NCBI GenBank assembly: GCA_031262695.1
Contig: JAISHF010000004.1
Span: 107,993 to 171,992 of the forward strand
Direction of reading: 5' to 3'
Source of the DNA: Candidatus Nomurabacteria bacterium
GTDB lineage: Bacteria; Patescibacteriota; Saccharimonadia; Saccharimonadales; Saccharimonadaceae
Length of the DNA stretch: 64,000 bases
A program made the position numbers and the translations under genes. Positions 37,371 through 46,296 of the stretch are shown piece by piece; position 1 is the first letter of the stretch, and every line of letters begins with the position of its first letter. The notes below the pieces were generated by a model that saw only the letters and a program-made list of their open reading frames with translations, was not told where the DNA came from and ran no database searches.

Positions 37371-38218
37371 GTATTAAGCAATATCGCCCAACTACGCCAG
37401 CACGACGCCAGATGACGACGGCTGACTACTCGGAAATCACCACCGATAAGCCATTGAAGTCACTTTTGGCACGTAAAAACCAAAAATCAGGTCGCAACAA
37501 CGCTGGTAAAATTAGCGTGCGACATCGTGGCGGTGGTGCAAAAAAGCACTATCGCTTGGTGGATTTCCGGATGCTACCGCTTAAAGATGGCAAATTGACC
37601 TTGACGATTGAAGAAATTGAATATGACCCAAATCGCTCGGCACGGATTGCGCGGGTCAAGGACCAAGAGGGTGTTTATCACTACATTTTGGCGGATAGCA
37701 ATATGCAAAAGGATGCAACGATTACCGTTGGTAAAGATGCGCCGATTGAGACTTCTAACCGCTTAACTTTGGAGCAGATTCCAGTTGGTTCATATATCTA
37801 TGCGATTGAGTTGGTAGCGGGCAAGGGTGCGCAGTTGGTGCGTTCGGCTGGGTCTAGCGCACAGTTAGTGGCGCGTGAGGGTGAATACGCCAGCGTCAAG
37901 ATGCCAAGCGGTGAAGTGCGCAAAATTGCGGTTAATGCAATGGCGTCTATCGGCGTGGTCGGCAATGCGCAGCATCAGAATATTAGCTATGGCAAGGCAG
38001 GTCGCACGCGACATCGCGGGATTCGTCCAACGGTGCGTGGCGTGGTGATGAATGCCACAGACCACCCACACGGTGGTGGTGACGGTGGTCGTCACGGCTC
38101 AGGTAAGCCACCACGCACGCCGTGGGGTCAGTTGACGCTTGGTTTCCGCACCCGCAACAACAAGCGCACCAATAAGATGATTGTCGTCAGCCGACATAAT
38201 GCGAAAAGGGGTAAATAA
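37367..38218 (+). CDS. rplB: 50S ribosomal protein L2
   Basis: [22 protein letters not shown] and [13 protein letters not shown] match L2. Confidence 0.97.
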   Translation: MSIKQYRPTTPARRQMTTADYSEITTDKPLKSLLARKNQKSGRNNAGKISVRHRGGGAKKHYRLVDFRMLPLKDGKLTLTIEEIEYDPNRSARIARVKDQEGVYHYILADSNMQKDATITVGKDAPIETSNRLTLEQIPVGSYIYAIELVAGKGAQLVRSAGSSAQLVAREGEYASVKMPSGEVRKIAVNAMASIGVVGNAQHQNISYGKAGRTRHRGIRPTVRGVVMNATDHPHGGGDGGRHGSGKPPRTPWGQLTLGFRTRNNKRTNKMIVVSRHNAKRGK

Positions 38219-38505
38219 TGAGTAGGTCGCTTAAAAAAGGTCCATTTTTGGACTACAAATTAATGAAGAAGATTGCAGCGCTTGGTGCGGACGACCGCAC
38301 AGTGATCAAGACTTGGGCGCGCGGTTCGGTGATTGCGCCAGAGATGGTCGGCCGGACGATTGCGGTCCATAACGGCAAAATGCATATTCCAGTATTTGTG
38401 AGTGAGAATATGGTTGGTCATAAACTCGGTGAGTTTTCGCCAACTCGTAAGTTTAAGAAGCACGGCGGCAAGAAGGCAGCCGAGGCAGCAAAGGCAAAGG
38501 CGTAA
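38218..38505 (+). CDS. rpsS: 30S ribosomal protein S19
   Basis: [12 protein letters not shown]...[33 protein letters not shown] matches S19. Confidence 0.97.
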   Translation: MSRSLKKGPFLDYKLMKKIAALGADDRTVIKTWARGSVIAPEMVGRTIAVHNGKMHIPVFVSENMVGHKLGEFSPTRKFKKHGGKKAAEAAKAKA

Positions 38506-38506
38506 T

Positions 38507-38971
38507 ATGGCAGAAAATAACGAATATATCTTTACACATGCGATTGCCAAAGGTGTGCAATCAGCACCTCGCAAGACCAATGTAGTGGCGGCATTGGTGC
38601 GGGCGCGGTCAGTTGATGATGCATTAGTAATTTTGGATCATACGCCACGTCGCTCGGCGCTTGCCGTCAAGAAGACAATTATGAGTGCTAAGGCGAACTT
38701 GCTAGATAAGCACCGGATTGACCCGAAGACGATTGTGATTACACGAATTATGGTGACGGCTGGCACAAGGATTCGCCGCTACATTCCAGCATCACGCGGT
38801 CGGGCTTTGCCTTACGAAAAGGTCAGTAGCAATATTTTTGTAGAAGTTGCGGGTTTGCCAAAGGCAGAAAAGGTGGCAAAAACGGCAATAACTGAATCAA
38901 AAACAGATGAAAAAGCGGCAATAACTGAAAAGAAGGCCGCCAAAGCAGATGAAAAGAAAGGGGAAAAGTAA
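38507..38971 (+). CDS. rplV: 50S ribosomal protein L22 with a Lys/Ala/Glu-rich C-terminal tail
   Basis: SAPRKTNVVAALVRARSVDDALVILDHTPRRSA matches L22. Tail KTAITESKTDEKAAITEKKAAKADEKKGEK. Confidence 0.9.
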   Translation: MAENNEYIFTHAIAKGVQSAPRKTNVVAALVRARSVDDALVILDHTPRRSALAVKKTIMSAKANLLDKHRIDPKTIVITRIMVTAGTRIRRYIPASRGRALPYEKVSSNIFVEVAGLPKAEKVAKTAITESKTDEKAAITEKKAAKADEKKGEK

Positions 38972-39597
38972 TGGGACAAAAAGTTGATCCACGCAGTTTT
39001 CGTCTGCAAGTTTCTAAGGATTGGGCGTCTAACTGGTTTGCGCCAAAGACTGATTTTAAGAAATGGCTCTTGCAAGACATTAAAATTCGCGAGTTTATTG
39101 AGAAAAAGTATTCCGAGCGACCAACGATTGCTGGTATCAAGATTGAGCGTTCGCACAACTTGGTGACAGTGACGATTGCGACGGCGAAGGCGGGTGTGAT
39201 TATCGGTCGCGGTGGTGTCGGTATTAACGATTTGAAAGCCGAATTGGAAAAAATTACGAGTATGCCAGTGCGAATTGATGTTGACGAGGTGAAGAAGCCA
39301 GAATTGTCGGCAAAACTGGTGGCGGAGAATATCGCAGCCCAGTTGGCGCGTCGGATTAACTTCCGCCGAGCGACTAAGATGGCAGCACAAAGCACGATGG
39401 CGGCGGGCGCCAAAGGTATTCGTATTGAGGTGTCTGGGCGGTTAAACGGCGCCGAGATGAGCCGCAGTGAGCGCTTGATTGAGGGCTCGGTGCCGCTACA
39501 TACCTTGCGGGCGGATGTTGACTTTTATATTGCACGCTCACAGACGATTGCTGGTATTGTCGGTGTAAAAGTTTGGATTTATAAGGGGGAGAAATAA
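38971..39597 (+). CDS. rpsC: 30S ribosomal protein S3
   Basis: MGQKVDPRSFRL..., a KH-domain block and GRLNGAEMSRSE match S3. Confidence 0.97.
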   Translation: MGQKVDPRSFRLQVSKDWASNWFAPKTDFKKWLLQDIKIREFIEKKYSERPTIAGIKIERSHNLVTVTIATAKAGVIIGRGGVGINDLKAELEKITSMPVRIDVDEVKKPELSAKLVAENIAAQLARRINFRRATKMAAQSTMAAGAKGIRIEVSGRLNGAEMSRSERLIEGSVPLHTLRADVDFYIARSQTIAGIVGVKVWIYKGEK

Positions 39598-39598
39598 G

Positions 39599-40018
39599 AT
39601 GGCAATTAAAATCCCAGCCCGTGTGATGCACCGCAAAGTGCGTAAGGGCAAAAATGGCGGTATCGCGACTCGTGGCAACACGGTGGCGTTTGGCGATTTT
39701 GGTTTGATGAGCTTAGACAACGAGCGAATTGACGCGCGCCAGATTGAGGCGGCTCGTCAGGCAATGACCCGCCACATTAAGCGTGGTGGCAAGATTTGGA
39801 TTCGGATTTTTCCACATACGCCAGTCAGCAAGAAGCCGTTAGATGTGAAAATGGGTAGTGGTAAGGGCGATTTGGACCGCTATGTGGCAAAAGTTAAGGC
39901 TGGCACGGTGATGTTTGAGATTGCTGATGTGGCAGAAGAAGTTGCGCGCGAGGCTTTGCGGCTTGCTGGTCACAAGTTGCCAGTGCGTGTAAAAATTGTA
40001 AAAAGAGGAGAATTCTAA
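39599..40018 (+). CDS. rplP: 50S ribosomal protein L16
   Basis: [44 protein letters not shown] matches L16. Confidence 0.95.
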   Translation: MAIKIPARVMHRKVRKGKNGGIATRGNTVAFGDFGLMSLDNERIDARQIEAARQAMTRHIKRGGKIWIRIFPHTPVSKKPLDVKMGSGKGDLDRYVAKVKAGTVMFEIADVAEEVAREALRLAGHKLPVRVKIVKRGEF

Positions 40019-40311
40019 TGGCACTTACGAAAATCGGAACAGTGGTGTCGGCAAAACGCGACAAGACGATTACGGTCGCCGTGGAATCGCGTCAAATGCA
40101 CCCACTTTATCGCAAGCAATATACGGTGACCCGCAAATACACGGCTCACGATGAGAACAACGAGGCAAAATTGAATGACCGCGTGCAGATTTCAGAAACC
40201 CGACCATACTCTAAGACAAAGACTTGGAAGATGGACAAGATTTTGGCGCACGCGCACGAAGTGATTGTCTTGCAAGACGATACAGCAGAGGCTGAGGGGA
40301 GCGAAAAATGA
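40018..40311 (+). CDS. rpsQ: 30S ribosomal protein S17
   Basis: [64 protein letters not shown] matches S17. Its start overlaps the rplP stop (TAATG). Confidence 0.95.
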   Translation: MALTKIGTVVSAKRDKTITVAVESRQMHPLYRKQYTVTRKYTAHDENNEAKLNDRVQISETRPYSKTKTWKMDKILAHAHEVIVLQDDTAEAEGSEK

Positions 40312-40676
40312 TTCAAGAAATGACAAGATTACATGTAGCAGATAACAGTGGCGCGAAGGAGCTCGGCGTAATCCGTATCCTTGGCGGCACGGGGCGGCGC
40401 TATGCACGGATTGGTGATGTTGTGGTGGCAAGCGTTAAAGACGCCAACCCAGCTGGCAATACCAAGAAAAAATCAGTAGTCAAGGCAGTAATTGTGCGGA
40501 CACGTCGCGAAACCGTGCGCCCAGACGGCTCGACGATTCGCTTTGATGATAATGCGGCCGTGTTGGTTAACGAAGATAAGACGCCAAAAGGCACCCGTGT
40601 CTTTGGACCGATTCCGCGTGAACTCCGCGACCTTGGTTATGCCAAGATTATTAGCTTAGCACCGGAGGTACTATAA
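40308..40676 (+). CDS. rplN: 50S ribosomal protein L14
   Basis: [18 protein letters not shown]...FGPIPRELR match L14. Confidence 0.97.
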   Translation: MIQEMTRLHVADNSGAKELGVIRILGGTGRRYARIGDVVVASVKDANPAGNTKKKSVVKAVIVRTRRETVRPDGSTIRFDDNAAVLVNEDKTPKGTRVFGPIPRELRDLGYAKIISLAPEVL

Positions 40677-40996
40677 TGGCAAGTCGGATTATTAAGGGTG
40701 ATTTGGTGAAAATCACGATGGGCGACAACAAGGGCAAGACGGGTAAAGTGTTGCGAGTTGACCCAGCAAAAGGCGTCGCTTATATAGATGGTATCGGCAA
40801 CCGCGAGCGCCACTATAAGGCGAACCAATATATGCAAGGCGGCAAGCGCGAAATTCAGGTCGGCGTGGCGCTTAGCAAGTTGGCGGTTGTTGTGGATGAC
40901 AAGACTGGCAAGACGAGCCGGATTGGCTTTAAGAAGAATGAAAAAGGCAAGTTGGTGCGTATCGCAAAACAACATGGCAATAAGGAGATTAAATAA
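40676..40996 (+). CDS. rplX: 50S ribosomal protein L24
   Basis: IKGDLVKITMGDNKGKTGKVLRV is the KOW motif. Confidence 0.93.
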   Translation: MASRIIKGDLVKITMGDNKGKTGKVLRVDPAKGVAYIDGIGNRERHYKANQYMQGGKREIQVGVALSKLAVVVDDKTGKTSRIGFKKNEKGKLVRIAKQHGNKEIK

Positions 40997-41592
40997 TGGC
41001 GGGGAAGAAAGAGGCGGTGATGCAACCGCGTTTGAAAGCATTGTATGACAATGAACTACGAGCAAAATTGCAAGCGGAACTAGGCTTGAAAAATGTGATG
41101 CAAGTGCCCGTATTGCAAAAAGTGGTCGTAGCGACAGGCACGGGCAAGAAAAAGGAAGACAAGAAATACCTAGAAATTGCCAAAAACACAATTGAAAAGA
41201 TTACTGGACAATACGCAACCGCGCGTATCGCTAAAAAGTCAATTGCAAGCTTTAAGATTCGCAAGGGCATGGGCGGCGCGCTTGGCTATATGACGACTTT
41301 GCGTGGCGCTAAAATGTATGAGTTTGTGGATCGTTTGATTAATGTGGCGCTGCCACACACTCGCGACTTCCGCGGGGTGTCAGCGAAGGCATTTGATAAG
41401 AGTGGCAACTATGCGCTTGGGATTAAAGAGCAAAACATTTTTACTGAACTTTCGTTTGAGGAATTGCAGATTTTGCACGGGTTGCAGGTGATTTTTGTGA
41501 TTAAAAATGGCAGTGCCGAGAAGAGTAAGGCTTTGCTTGCGGCGTTTGGGATGCCGTTTGAGCGAGATGCGCAAGAGAAAGGGGCGAAGTAA
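40996..41592 (+). CDS. rplE: 50S ribosomal protein L5
   Basis: [15 protein letters not shown]...[29 protein letters not shown] matches L5. Confidence 0.95.
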   Translation: MAGKKEAVMQPRLKALYDNELRAKLQAELGLKNVMQVPVLQKVVVATGTGKKKEDKKYLEIAKNTIEKITGQYATARIAKKSIASFKIRKGMGGALGYMTTLRGAKMYEFVDRLINVALPHTRDFRGVSAKAFDKSGNYALGIKEQNIFTELSFEELQILHGLQVIFVIKNGSAEKSKALLAAFGMPFERDAQEKGAK

Positions 41593-41861
41593 TGGCAAAG
41601 AAGTCAATGGTCTTAAAGGACCAAAAGCGTGAAGCGATGTACCAAAAATACGCCGCGAAACGTGCCGAACTGAAAATGGCAGGCGATTATGACGGTTTGC
41701 AGAAGTTGCCACGCAATTCGAGCCCGACTCGTCGCAAGAATCGCGACATGCTGACTGGCCGACCACGTGGTTATATGCGCCGATTTGGCCTAGATCGTCT
41801 GAATTTCCGAGAAAAAGCAAGCAAGGGTGAGATCCCTGGCGTAATAAAGAGTAGTTGGTAA
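41592..41861 (+). CDS. rpsN: 30S ribosomal protein S14 (long, non-zinc form)
   Basis: 89 aa. [13 protein letters not shown]...[26 protein letters not shown]...IPGVIKSSW. No CxxC pairs. Confidence 0.93.
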   Translation: MAKKSMVLKDQKREAMYQKYAAKRAELKMAGDYDGLQKLPRNSSPTRRKNRDMLTGRPRGYMRRFGLDRLNFREKASKGEIPGVIKSSW

Positions 41862-41868
41862 GGAGGAG

Positions 41869-42264
41869 ATGACAATGCAAAGTACAGATAAAATTGCCGA
41901 CCTCATCACAAGGATTCGGAATGCAATTAACGCAGGCCACAACGAGGTGGCGATGCCGTCAGCAAAATTGACGGTGGCAGTGGCGAATAAATTACAGGCC
42001 GCAGGCTATATTGCTGAGGTTAAAGTTGAGCCAGCCAAGCCGCGCGATATTCTACATATTGTGATTGCTAAGAATGAGCCAGTAATCTCAGAGATTACAC
42101 GGGTATCAAAGCCAGGCCGCCGCGTATATGTCGGTGCCGAGGAGATGCCACGAGTTAAATCGGGGCGAGGTTTAGCAATCGTTAGCACTTCACGCGGGAT
42201 TATGACGAGTTTTGAAGCGAAAAAGGCTCGTGTGGGCGGTGAAGTATTATTGAAAGTTTGGTAA
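41869..42264 (+). CDS. rpsH: 30S ribosomal protein S8
   Basis: DKIADLITRIRNAINAGH...IVSTSRGIMT match S8. Confidence 0.95.
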   Translation: MTMQSTDKIADLITRIRNAINAGHNEVAMPSAKLTVAVANKLQAAGYIAEVKVEPAKPRDILHIVIAKNEPVISEITRVSKPGRRVYVGAEEMPRVKSGRGLAIVSTSRGIMTSFEAKKARVGGEVLLKVW

Positions 42265-42285
42265 AATAAGGAAAGAAAGGAAAGT

Positions 42286-42822
42286 ATGAGTCGAATCGGA
42301 AAACTACCCATCAGCATACCAGCGGGCGTGACAATCACGGTTGGCGATAGCGATATTACGGTCGCGGGCGCCAAAGGCACGCTTAAATTGGCACAGCAAG
42401 ATGGTATTAAAGTAGAGGTGGCAGATAATGTTGCTACCGTAACACGGGCTAATGACGAGCCGGCAGTGCGGGCAAAGCACGGCTTGCAACGAACACTGTT
42501 AAATAACGCAGTAATTGGCGTAAGTAAGGGTTTTGAGAAAAAACTAGAAATCAACGGCGTTGGTTTTCGCTTGAATGGCGGTGGCCAAGAGATTGAAATG
42601 GCGCTTGGTTTCTCGCACCCTGTTAAATACAAGGCGCCAGAGGGCGTGCAACTAGAAACCAATAAGATGGAAATTACCGTTAAGGGGATTGATAAGCAGG
42701 CGGTTGGCCAAGTGGCAGCAGAAATCCGCAGTATCAAGAAGCCAGAGCCATACAAGGGCAAGGGTATTAAATATGCTGATGAGCGGATTTTGCGTAAAGC
42801 AGGAAAGGCAGGTAAGAAATGA
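42286..42822 (+). CDS. rplF: 50S ribosomal protein L6
   Basis: [19 protein letters not shown]...[14 protein letters not shown] match L6. Confidence 0.95.
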   Translation: MSRIGKLPISIPAGVTITVGDSDITVAGAKGTLKLAQQDGIKVEVADNVATVTRANDEPAVRAKHGLQRTLLNNAVIGVSKGFEKKLEINGVGFRLNGGGQEIEMALGFSHPVKYKAPEGVQLETNKMEITVKGIDKQAVGQVAAEIRSIKKPEPYKGKGIKYADERILRKAGKAGKK

Positions 42823-43172
42823 GCGAGTTAGAAAATAAAATGCAAAAGGCGGCACGTCGCGCGAGCCGTGTGCGAGCGAAGGTTAGCGGCACGAGCGAGC
42901 GACCACGTTTGGCGGTGCGGATTAGCAATTTGCATATTGAGGCACAAGTAATTGATGATACTAAACATGCAACTTTGGCGGCCGCAACGACGGTTGGCAA
43001 GAAATTAACTGGCACAAAGACAGAAAAAGCCGCAGTAATTGGTGCGGAAATCGCCAAAGCAGCAAAAAAGGCAGGTGTGAAGAAGGTGGTCTTGGATCGT
43101 GGTAGTCGAAAATACGCGGGGCGGCTGGTGGCTTTGGCCGACGCGGCGCGCAAGGAAGGATTGGAGTTCTAA
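42819..43172 (+). CDS. rplR: 50S ribosomal protein L18
   Basis: [20 protein letters not shown]...[28 protein letters not shown] match L18. Confidence 0.95.
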   Translation: MSELENKMQKAARRASRVRAKVSGTSERPRLAVRISNLHIEAQVIDDTKHATLAAATTVGKKLTGTKTEKAAVIGAEIAKAAKKAGVKKVVLDRGSRKYAGRLVALADAARKEGLEF

Positions 43173-43825
43173 TGGCAGACGTAAATAATGAACAAGTGGC
43201 TGAGAACAAGGCAAATGTGAGTACAGACAATATTCAGTCAGAGTTTACAGTGGTTAATGAGCAAGGCACGACACGGGCGTTTAGTAAAGATGGCGAGCGT
43301 GGGCGTGGCGGTCGGGGCGGCCGTGATAATCGTGGCCGTGGACGGCGTGATGAGGCACAGGCGCCAAAAGAGTTTGAAGAAGTAACTGTGGCGATTGACC
43401 GTGTGGCACGTGTAGTGAAGGGTGGCCGACGCTTCCGCTTCAAGGCACTGGTTGCCGTTGGCGATGGCAAAAATCGTGTTGGCGTTGGCGTGGCGAAAGG
43501 TCAAGACGTGACAGCAGCCGTAAATAAGGCGACTGACCGTGCTAAAAAGAACATCATTAAGATTAACTTGGAAAAAACGACAATCCCACACGAAGTTATG
43601 GCAAAAGAAACTGGCGCAGTTGTGCTAATGAAGCCAGCCCCAGAGGGTTTTGGTATCGTGGCTGGCGGTGTGGTGCGGACGATTTTGGGACTTACTGGCA
43701 TCAAAAACGTTAGTTCTAAGTCGCTTGGCTCAACTAACAAGGTAAACATTGCCTATGCGACGATTAAGGGGTTGGCAAGTTTGCAGCCAAAATCGGAGTG
43801 GATTACCCGAAAGGATACAAAATGA
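43172..43825 (+). CDS. rpsE: 30S ribosomal protein S5 with an RGG-rich N-terminal extension
   Basis: VAIDRVARVVKGGRRFRFKALVAVGDGKNRVGVGVAKG is the S5 core. It is preceded by GERGRGGRGGRDNRGRGRRDE. Confidence 0.95.
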   Translation: MADVNNEQVAENKANVSTDNIQSEFTVVNEQGTTRAFSKDGERGRGGRGGRDNRGRGRRDEAQAPKEFEEVTVAIDRVARVVKGGRRFRFKALVAVGDGKNRVGVGVAKGQDVTAAVNKATDRAKKNIIKINLEKTTIPHEVMAKETGAVVLMKPAPEGFGIVAGGVVRTILGLTGIKNVSSKSLGSTNKVNIAYATIKGLASLQPKSEWITRKDTK

Positions 43826-44286
43826 AATTTAACGAATTAGAAGTAGCAGCAAAACCGAGCCGTAAGCGGATTGGACGTGGTATTTCGGCTGGGCAAGGCA
43901 AAACGGCTGGCCGTGGTACTAAGGGGCAAAAGGCTCGCACCGGCCACAGCAAGATGCGCGCTACCTTTATGGGTGGCCAGCGGTCAATTATGCAGGCGGT
44001 GCCAAAATTGAAGGGCTTTAAGAGCCTACACAAAGCGGCCGAGGTGGTTTATTTGGACCAACTGAACGGTATCGCTAAGGCGGATAACTTTACATTGGCT
44101 GAGGCGGGCTTGACATCGTCGCCATTTGTGCGGGTCAAAGTGATTGCGCGCGGCGAATTGAAGAGCAAAGTTGAGCTAAAAGTGCAGTTTGCAAGCAAAA
44201 CGGCGGTAGCCGCGGTTGAAAAAGCGGGTGGCAAATTTGTAAAAACTGCTGTGCCAATGCGTGAAGCAGTTAAGACTACAGAGTAA
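43822..44286 (+). CDS. rplO: 50S ribosomal protein L15
   Basis: RKRIGRGISAGQGKTAGRGTKGQKARTG matches L15. The ATG overlaps the rpsE stop (ATGA), leaving no room for rpmD (L30). Confidence 0.95.
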   Translation: MKFNELEVAAKPSRKRIGRGISAGQGKTAGRGTKGQKARTGHSKMRATFMGGQRSIMQAVPKLKGFKSLHKAAEVVYLDQLNGIAKADNFTLAEAGLTSSPFVRVKVIARGELKSKVELKVQFASKTAVAAVEKAGGKFVKTAVPMREAVKTTE

Positions 44287-44304
44287 AATCACTCAAAAAC
44301 CCAA

Positions 44305-44339
44305 AAAAGATAGGCCAGAGAAAATCTGGCCTATCTTTT
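44305..44339. terminator. bidirectional rho-independent terminator after rplO
   Basis: Perfect 15-bp stem AAAAGATAGGCCAGA / TCTGGCCTATCTTTT with a 5-nt loop, and A/T runs on both sides. Confidence 0.8.
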
Positions 44340-44340
44340 C

Positions 44341-44369
44341 ATTATATCATACTTATGCTTAAAAGTCAA
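44341..44369 (-). promoter_or_regulatory. promoter cassette copy 2 (orphan; faces the rplO terminator)
   Basis: Minus strand reads TTGACT-TTTAAGCATAAGTATGA-TATAAT. No ORF or RNA gene follows before the terminator hairpin. Confidence 0.5.
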
Positions 44370-44380
44370 TAGTTATACAT

Positions 44381-44407
44381 AAAAACCGCCATATTTTGGC
44401 GGTTTTT
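44381..44407. terminator. terminator hairpin downstream of the tRNA-Lys/tRNA-Asn pair
   Basis: AAAAACCGCC-atatttt-GGCGGTTTTT. Confidence 0.75.
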
Positions 44408-44416
44408 AGATGATTT

Positions 44417-44491
44417 TGGCTCCCCGGACTGGACTCGAACCAGTAACCTCGAAGTTAACAGCTTCTTGCTCCACCATTGAGCTACCGAGGA
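44417..44491 (-). tRNA. tRNA-Asn (anticodon GTT)
   Basis: Reverse complement: TCCTCGG acceptor (one U-G pair), D-arm GCTCAATGGTGGAGC, anticodon loop CTGTTAA, T-arm ACTGGTTCGAGTCCAGT, encoded CCA. Confidence 0.88.
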
Positions 44492-44505
44492 CCATGTAAT
44501 TGAAC

Positions 44506-44581
44506 TGGTGAGACGGGCGGGGCTCGAACCCGCGACACCAAGGTTAAAAGCCTCGTGCTCTACCAACTGAGCTACCGTCCC
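44506..44581 (-). tRNA. tRNA-Lys (anticodon TTT)
   Basis: Reverse complement: GGGACGG acceptor, D-arm GCTCAGTTGGTAGAGC, anticodon arm CGAGG-CTTTTAA-CCTTG, T-arm GCGGGTTCGAGCCCCGC, encoded CCA. Confidence 0.9.
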
Positions 44582-44689
44582 ATATAGGAACAACATCATT
44601 ATATCACACTTGGAGTTGTTAGTAAAGACTTGCAAGCCGAAAAAGATTCGGCTATAATATAATCTCAAATAACTTATTTAAGGAGTAGT

Positions 44690-45523
44690 ATGTATAAGCA
44701 GCCAACTAAGGCAATCATCACGGACGCAGGGTTTGCGAGTCGGTTTTTGCCGATTACCAAGACAATCCCGAAGGCGATGATTCCACTCGGCGCCAAGCCA
44801 GTGATGCAACTAATTGTTGAGGAGTGTGTAGAGGCGGGGATTAGCGAGATTATTATTGTGGCCACCCCTGGCACGATGAGTAAGGCGATTTATGATGATT
44901 ATTTTCATAATGAAAGCGCTAATGTTAAGACGCTTTTAGATAAGCAGGGTAAGGCCGAGCGTTTTGTGCCAGTGCAAGAGGTGTTGAGTTTTCCAAAAAT
45001 TACGGTGATTGAGCAGGATGCGTCGTTGCCTTATGGCAACGCTTCGCCGATTGTGAGCGCGCGTGAGTTTATCAATGATGACGAGGCGTTTTTGGTGCTT
45101 TATAGCGACGACGTCGTGTTTGGTGCGTCTGACGCGAAGGCTTTGATGAATGCCTATAAAGCAAATCCAGAGGTTAAAGCGGTGATTATGGCGCAAGAAA
45201 TGCCCGATGAAGTGCTGAGCAAATATGGTATTATCAAGTTGAAGGACACTGAAAAGCACACCCTAGACCATATTGTAGAGAAGCCGAAGCAAGATGCACC
45301 GTCGAACTTGACTTCTTACGGGCGTTATCTGTTGACGCCAGAGATTTTTGCTAAATTGGATGAAACTGGCTTAGACGGCGAACTCTGGACGGTGGACGGT
45401 ATTACTCGTCTCGCTGCTGAGGGTGATGTGTTGGTCGAAAAAACCGCCGGTCAGTGGATGACTACTGGCGATCCAGCGGCTTATTTGGCAGCACAAAATA
45501 AATATGCCGAATTGAATAAATAG
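44690..45523 (+). CDS. galU: UTP--glucose-1-phosphate uridylyltransferase
   Basis: AIITDAGFASRFLPITKTIPKAMIPLGAKPVMQLIVEE matches the GalU N-terminal nucleotide-binding block. AAGGAG SD. Confidence 0.85.
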   Translation: MYKQPTKAIITDAGFASRFLPITKTIPKAMIPLGAKPVMQLIVEECVEAGISEIIIVATPGTMSKAIYDDYFHNESANVKTLLDKQGKAERFVPVQEVLSFPKITVIEQDASLPYGNASPIVSAREFINDDEAFLVLYSDDVVFGASDAKALMNAYKANPEVKAVIMAQEMPDEVLSKYGIIKLKDTEKHTLDHIVEKPKQDAPSNLTSYGRYLLTPEIFAKLDETGLDGELWTVDGITRLAAEGDVLVEKTAGQWMTTGDPAAYLAAQNKYAELNK

Positions 45524-45534
45524 ACTTAAAAGTG

Positions 45535-45563
45535 TTGACATGGTGCGGAAAATGCTATATAAT
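45535..45563 (+). promoter_or_regulatory. promoter of the stand-alone rpsJ
   Basis: TTGACA-17 nt-TATAAT, followed by a leader of about 60 nt with GAGAAGGAG before the ATG. Confidence 0.55.
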
Positions 45564-45630
45564 AAGCAATATAAATTAACGCTCGTGCGAGAACTAGGAA
45601 TAGGTTACGCCGAGAGAAGGAGATCACAAG

Positions 45631-45948
45631 ATGAGTGAAGTAGATGGGCTAAGGATTCGTATCCGATTGAAGGCGTATGACTATCGCCTGATTGACCAGA
45701 GTGCAAAGCGGATTGTAGAGACGGCGATTCGCACAGGGGCAAAAGTGAGCGGGCCGGTGCCGCTACCAACTAAAAAATCAACCTTTACAGTGGTGAAAAG
45801 CCCACACGTTTATAAAAAAGGTGGCGAGGCGTTTGAGATGCGGATTCATAAGCGCTTGATTGACGTGCTAGAAGCGACGCCAAAGACGATTGAAGAACTA
45901 CAAAACCTTGTTTTGCCATCTGGTGTTGATGCTGAAATCAAAATGTAA
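45631..45948 (+). CDS. rpsJ: 30S ribosomal protein S10
   Basis: [71 protein letters not shown] matches S10. Confidence 0.96.
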   Translation: MSEVDGLRIRIRLKAYDYRLIDQSAKRIVETAIRTGAKVSGPVPLPTKKSTFTVVKSPHVYKKGGEAFEMRIHKRLIDVLEATPKTIEELQNLVLPSGVDAEIKM

Positions 45949-45962
45949 GAAAAGAAAATACG

Positions 45963-45996
45963 AAAATTGAGCCAGATTTATTCTGGCTCAATTTTC
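45963..45996 (+). terminator. rho-independent terminator after rpsJ
   Basis: 14-bp stem AAAATTGAGCCAGA / TCTGGCTCAATTTT, 5-nt loop, T-run. Confidence 0.8.
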
Positions 45997-46048
45997 TTAA
46001 ATAGATTTTCTTAGGCAGTTTTCTTTTCTAAAAAGAAAACCGATAGTT

Positions 46049-46123
46049 TGGCTAGGGTGGAGGGATTCGAACCCCCGAATGTCAGGACCAAAACCTGATG
46101 CCTTACCGCTTGGCGACACCCTA
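46049..46123 (-). tRNA. tRNA-Gln (anticodon TTG)
   Basis: Reverse complement: TAGGGTG acceptor (U1-A72), anticodon arm TCAGG-TTTTGGT-CCTGA, T-arm GGGGGTTCGAATCCCTC, encoded CCA. TATAAT lies about 8 nt upstream. Confidence 0.88.
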
Positions 46124-46241
46124 ACGCTCTTGTATTATACTTGATTTTGCTGAAAAACGCAAGGTTTTTGTGGCTATGGAGGTAGATTTTAAGGGTTTTT
46201 AGTGATTTATAAGATTTTTGGAAGATTTTTAGCAAAAACTA

Positions 46242-46270
46242 TTGACATTGTGCTTATGGTATGATATAAT
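46242..46270 (+). promoter_or_regulatory. promoter of the surface-protein gene
   Basis: TTGACA-17 nt (ending TGA)-TATAAT. Confidence 0.55.
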
Positions 46271-46296
46271 GGAGTAAAGGACAAATATAACAAAAA

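Noticed and set aside
38812-39413. Two long minus-strand ORFs (192 and 196 aa) inside the r-protein operon. Similar ones occur at 42006..42761, 40637..41191 and 41380..41940.
   Set aside because: They lie antisense to highly conserved S3, L22, L6, L24 and L5 genes. Their translations are low-complexity or compositionally odd and have no start signals.
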